Shown: in pieces, positions 62,335-64,000 of the stretch
Position numbering within the stretch: the first letter of the stretch is position 1
Layout of the letters: each line of letters begins with the position of its first letter
DNA from: an uncultured bacterium
GTDB taxonomy: Bacteria; Desulfobacterota_D; UBA1144; Nemesobacterales; UBA2774
Assembly (NCBI GenBank): GCA_963825135.1
Contig: CAWGRW010000009.1
Location: 2,112,001-2,176,000, forward strand
Reading direction: 5' to 3'
DNA length: 64,000 nucleotides
Position numbers and translations under genes: made by a program
The notes under the pieces: model-generated
Databases searched by the model: none
What the model saw: only the letters and a program-made list of their open reading frames with translations
What the model was told of the DNA's origin: nothing

Positions 62335-63726
62335 ATGGATTACAATTTAATAATCTGCGTTATCTCGCTTATCGCCCTTTCGGCGCTGATAACGGTCACT
62401 GCAGGCGGCTGGTATAAAGAAGCGGTCGCCATGGGGGACGGCAGGCTGCGCGCCTGCTTCAGCGCGGGTTTCTTCTTCTCTCTGCTCTATTTTTTAATGT
62501 TTGTCGTGGAGCCGGTGCTGATACTCCTGTGGAGGGAGGGTTCCGGATACTATCTCATCCCCATGCCGGCGGAAACAATTTATTCCCTCCTTAGCAAGGC
62601 CATGCTCTACGGGCTGGCAGGCTATGCCAGTTTCGCTTTGGGCTACAGAGTGAAATTATTCCGCGGAATCGGACAAGCATTGCCCTACTTCAGCATAAAC
62701 AGGGCAAACAGATCTCTTCTGATTGCGGTGATAATCCTCTATTCGCTGATATCGGCATTCGGCCTGTACCTATACGGAATAGATACTCTTTTATACGTTC
62801 TCTCGCACCCCCAGACCAGGATTGAGACCCTGGCGGGCACAGGCTACCTGTTCTTTGCAGTTCAGTTCTATCTAACCGCCGTGCTATTGCTGTATGTCTA
62901 CCATCTCGACTCGCGCGAGCCGTCGAGAATATGGGGGCTTTTCCTGTGGATTCTCCCTCTGTCAGTTCTGACATTCGGCGGCAGGACGCACTTGATGGCG
63001 ATATGGCTGGCGATGCTGATAATATACGTTTTTAAGAAGCGCAGGCCTAATTTTGCGCGAATACTAACTTCCTCGCTCTTAATCATATCGACGACGGGAT
63101 TGTACTTTATCTACAGACAGTACATCACCTCGACTCAGGGCATCGGCAGCATCAGCGATATAGAAGACGCGCCGTTAACCTTTCTCTGGTCCATTCGCCA
63201 CACACTGATCCCTTTCGACAATCTTATGGCTTATCTCGACGTGTTTCAGAGTAGCCTGAACTATCAATATGGCTCGCCTTTTATAGATATATTGCATTAT
63301 GTAATTCCGGGCGACGTTTTTCATCTGACGCCTCTGGAGCCGGGCGTGGAACTTGCGCAGGTTCTCTACCCGGGGATACTCGAAGGCACGGGTACGCCTT
63401 ATACGATCGTAGGATTTCTGCATAACAACTTCTCTCTCCCGGGGATCATCGTCGGCATGTTTTTAGTCGGGGGGTTCTTAAGGGCATTGAACTCGTACCT
63501 GAGGTACAACATGGAGCAGAATAGCGTCATAATAATATACAGCATCGTGCTGGGCAGGCTAATCATACTCCTGTGGGGTGTATTCTATTCGGGAGTACTG
63601 GGCTATGCCCAATTCTTTTTGCAATGCCTCATAGCGTTCGCGCTTCTGAGCGGATTTAAGGTGAGGAAGAAAGTAGTCCGGGATTGCACCGTTTCTTCAG
63701 GTTACAAACTCAATGAATCGATCTAA
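62335..63726 (+). CDS. wzy: Wzy-type polysaccharide polymerase
   Basis: About 11 TM segments, GGR motif, large periplasmic loop and locus context. Confidence 0.75.
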   Translation: MDYNLIICVISLIALSALITVTAGGWYKEAVAMGDGRLRACFSAGFFFSLLYFLMFVVEPVLILLWREGSGYYLIPMPAETIYSLLSKAMLYGLAGYASFALGYRVKLFRGIGQALPYFSINRANRSLLIAVIILYSLISAFGLYLYGIDTLLYVLSHPQTRIETLAGTGYLFFAVQFYLTAVLLLYVYHLDSREPSRIWGLFLWILPLSVLTFGGRTHLMAIWLAMLIIYVFKKRRPNFARILTSSLLIISTTGLYFIYRQYITSTQGIGSISDIEDAPLTFLWSIRHTLIPFDNLMAYLDVFQSSLNYQYGSPFIDILHYVIPGDVFHLTPLEPGVELAQVLYPGILEGTGTPYTIVGFLHNNFSLPGIIVGMFLVGGFLRALNSYLRYNMEQNSVIIIYSIVLGRLIILLWGVFYSGVLGYAQFFLQCLIAFALLSGFKVRKKVVRDCTVSSGYKLNESI

Positions 63727-64000
63727 AGGAATATCCGAATTGGAAAACCGCTTCGCCCGGGAGATCGGAAGCGCGGTCGCTCTGGAGATAAATCGGCGCT
63801 TCGGCACCCCCGGTTGCGCCAGTTTGATCGCGTTCGACAGGGATTACTGGTCGGTAATTCTCGTCTTTATGATAACGAGAGAGCACTCGGACGAGAACGC
63901 TTGCAAGATATACTGCAAAATACCGAAGGCCAATTGGAAGATATCGACCGTGGATGGAATACTGAGGGAGGATTACGAAGCCTCGAAGGAGATGGCAGAG
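63713..64000 (+). CDS. Partial hypothetical protein (possibly kinase/phosphotransferase-like)
   Basis: Open frame MNRSKGISELENRF...IYCKIPK... runs to the window end and overlaps the wzy stop. Confidence 0.55.
   Translation, partial: MNRSKGISELENRFAREIGSAVALEINRRFGTPGCASLIAFDRDYWSVILVFMITREHSDENACKIYCKIPKANWKISTVDGILREDYEASKEMAE

Overview
This is a 64-kb, gene-dense, moderately GC-rich bacterial chromosomal segment. An IPTL-CTERM protein, a GGxGC-TM-basic sorting tail, ATA/AGG-rich codon use and the gene content tentatively suggest a deltaproteobacteria-like lineage such as Ca. Dadabacteria (inference only). Housekeeping genes include obgE, a hemD-hemE fusion, hemH, lysA, ddl, a thiolase, msrA and tRNA-Pro. 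There is a storage/stress block (phaC, hpf, rtcB, ppk2-NUDIX) and many secreted proteins. From about 50.4 kb to the window end lies a Wzx/Wzy polysaccharide locus, headed by a c-di-GMP-I riboswitch and carrying a NusG paralog and UDP-sulfoquinovose synthase. Eight genes are split by +1 frameshifts, most likely sequencing errors. The most unusual region is 47.6-50.4 kb. It holds a gene for a short Tat-like leader fused to a non-splicing Hint domain. Upstream of that gene is an unannotated candidate sRNA with a promoter, a terminator and three hairpins that each display CCA(U/A)A. Also notable are three secreted acidic heptad-repeat proteins sharing a VQ(Y/I)D motif, and IS3-like remnants flanking a CAP/RTX gene.
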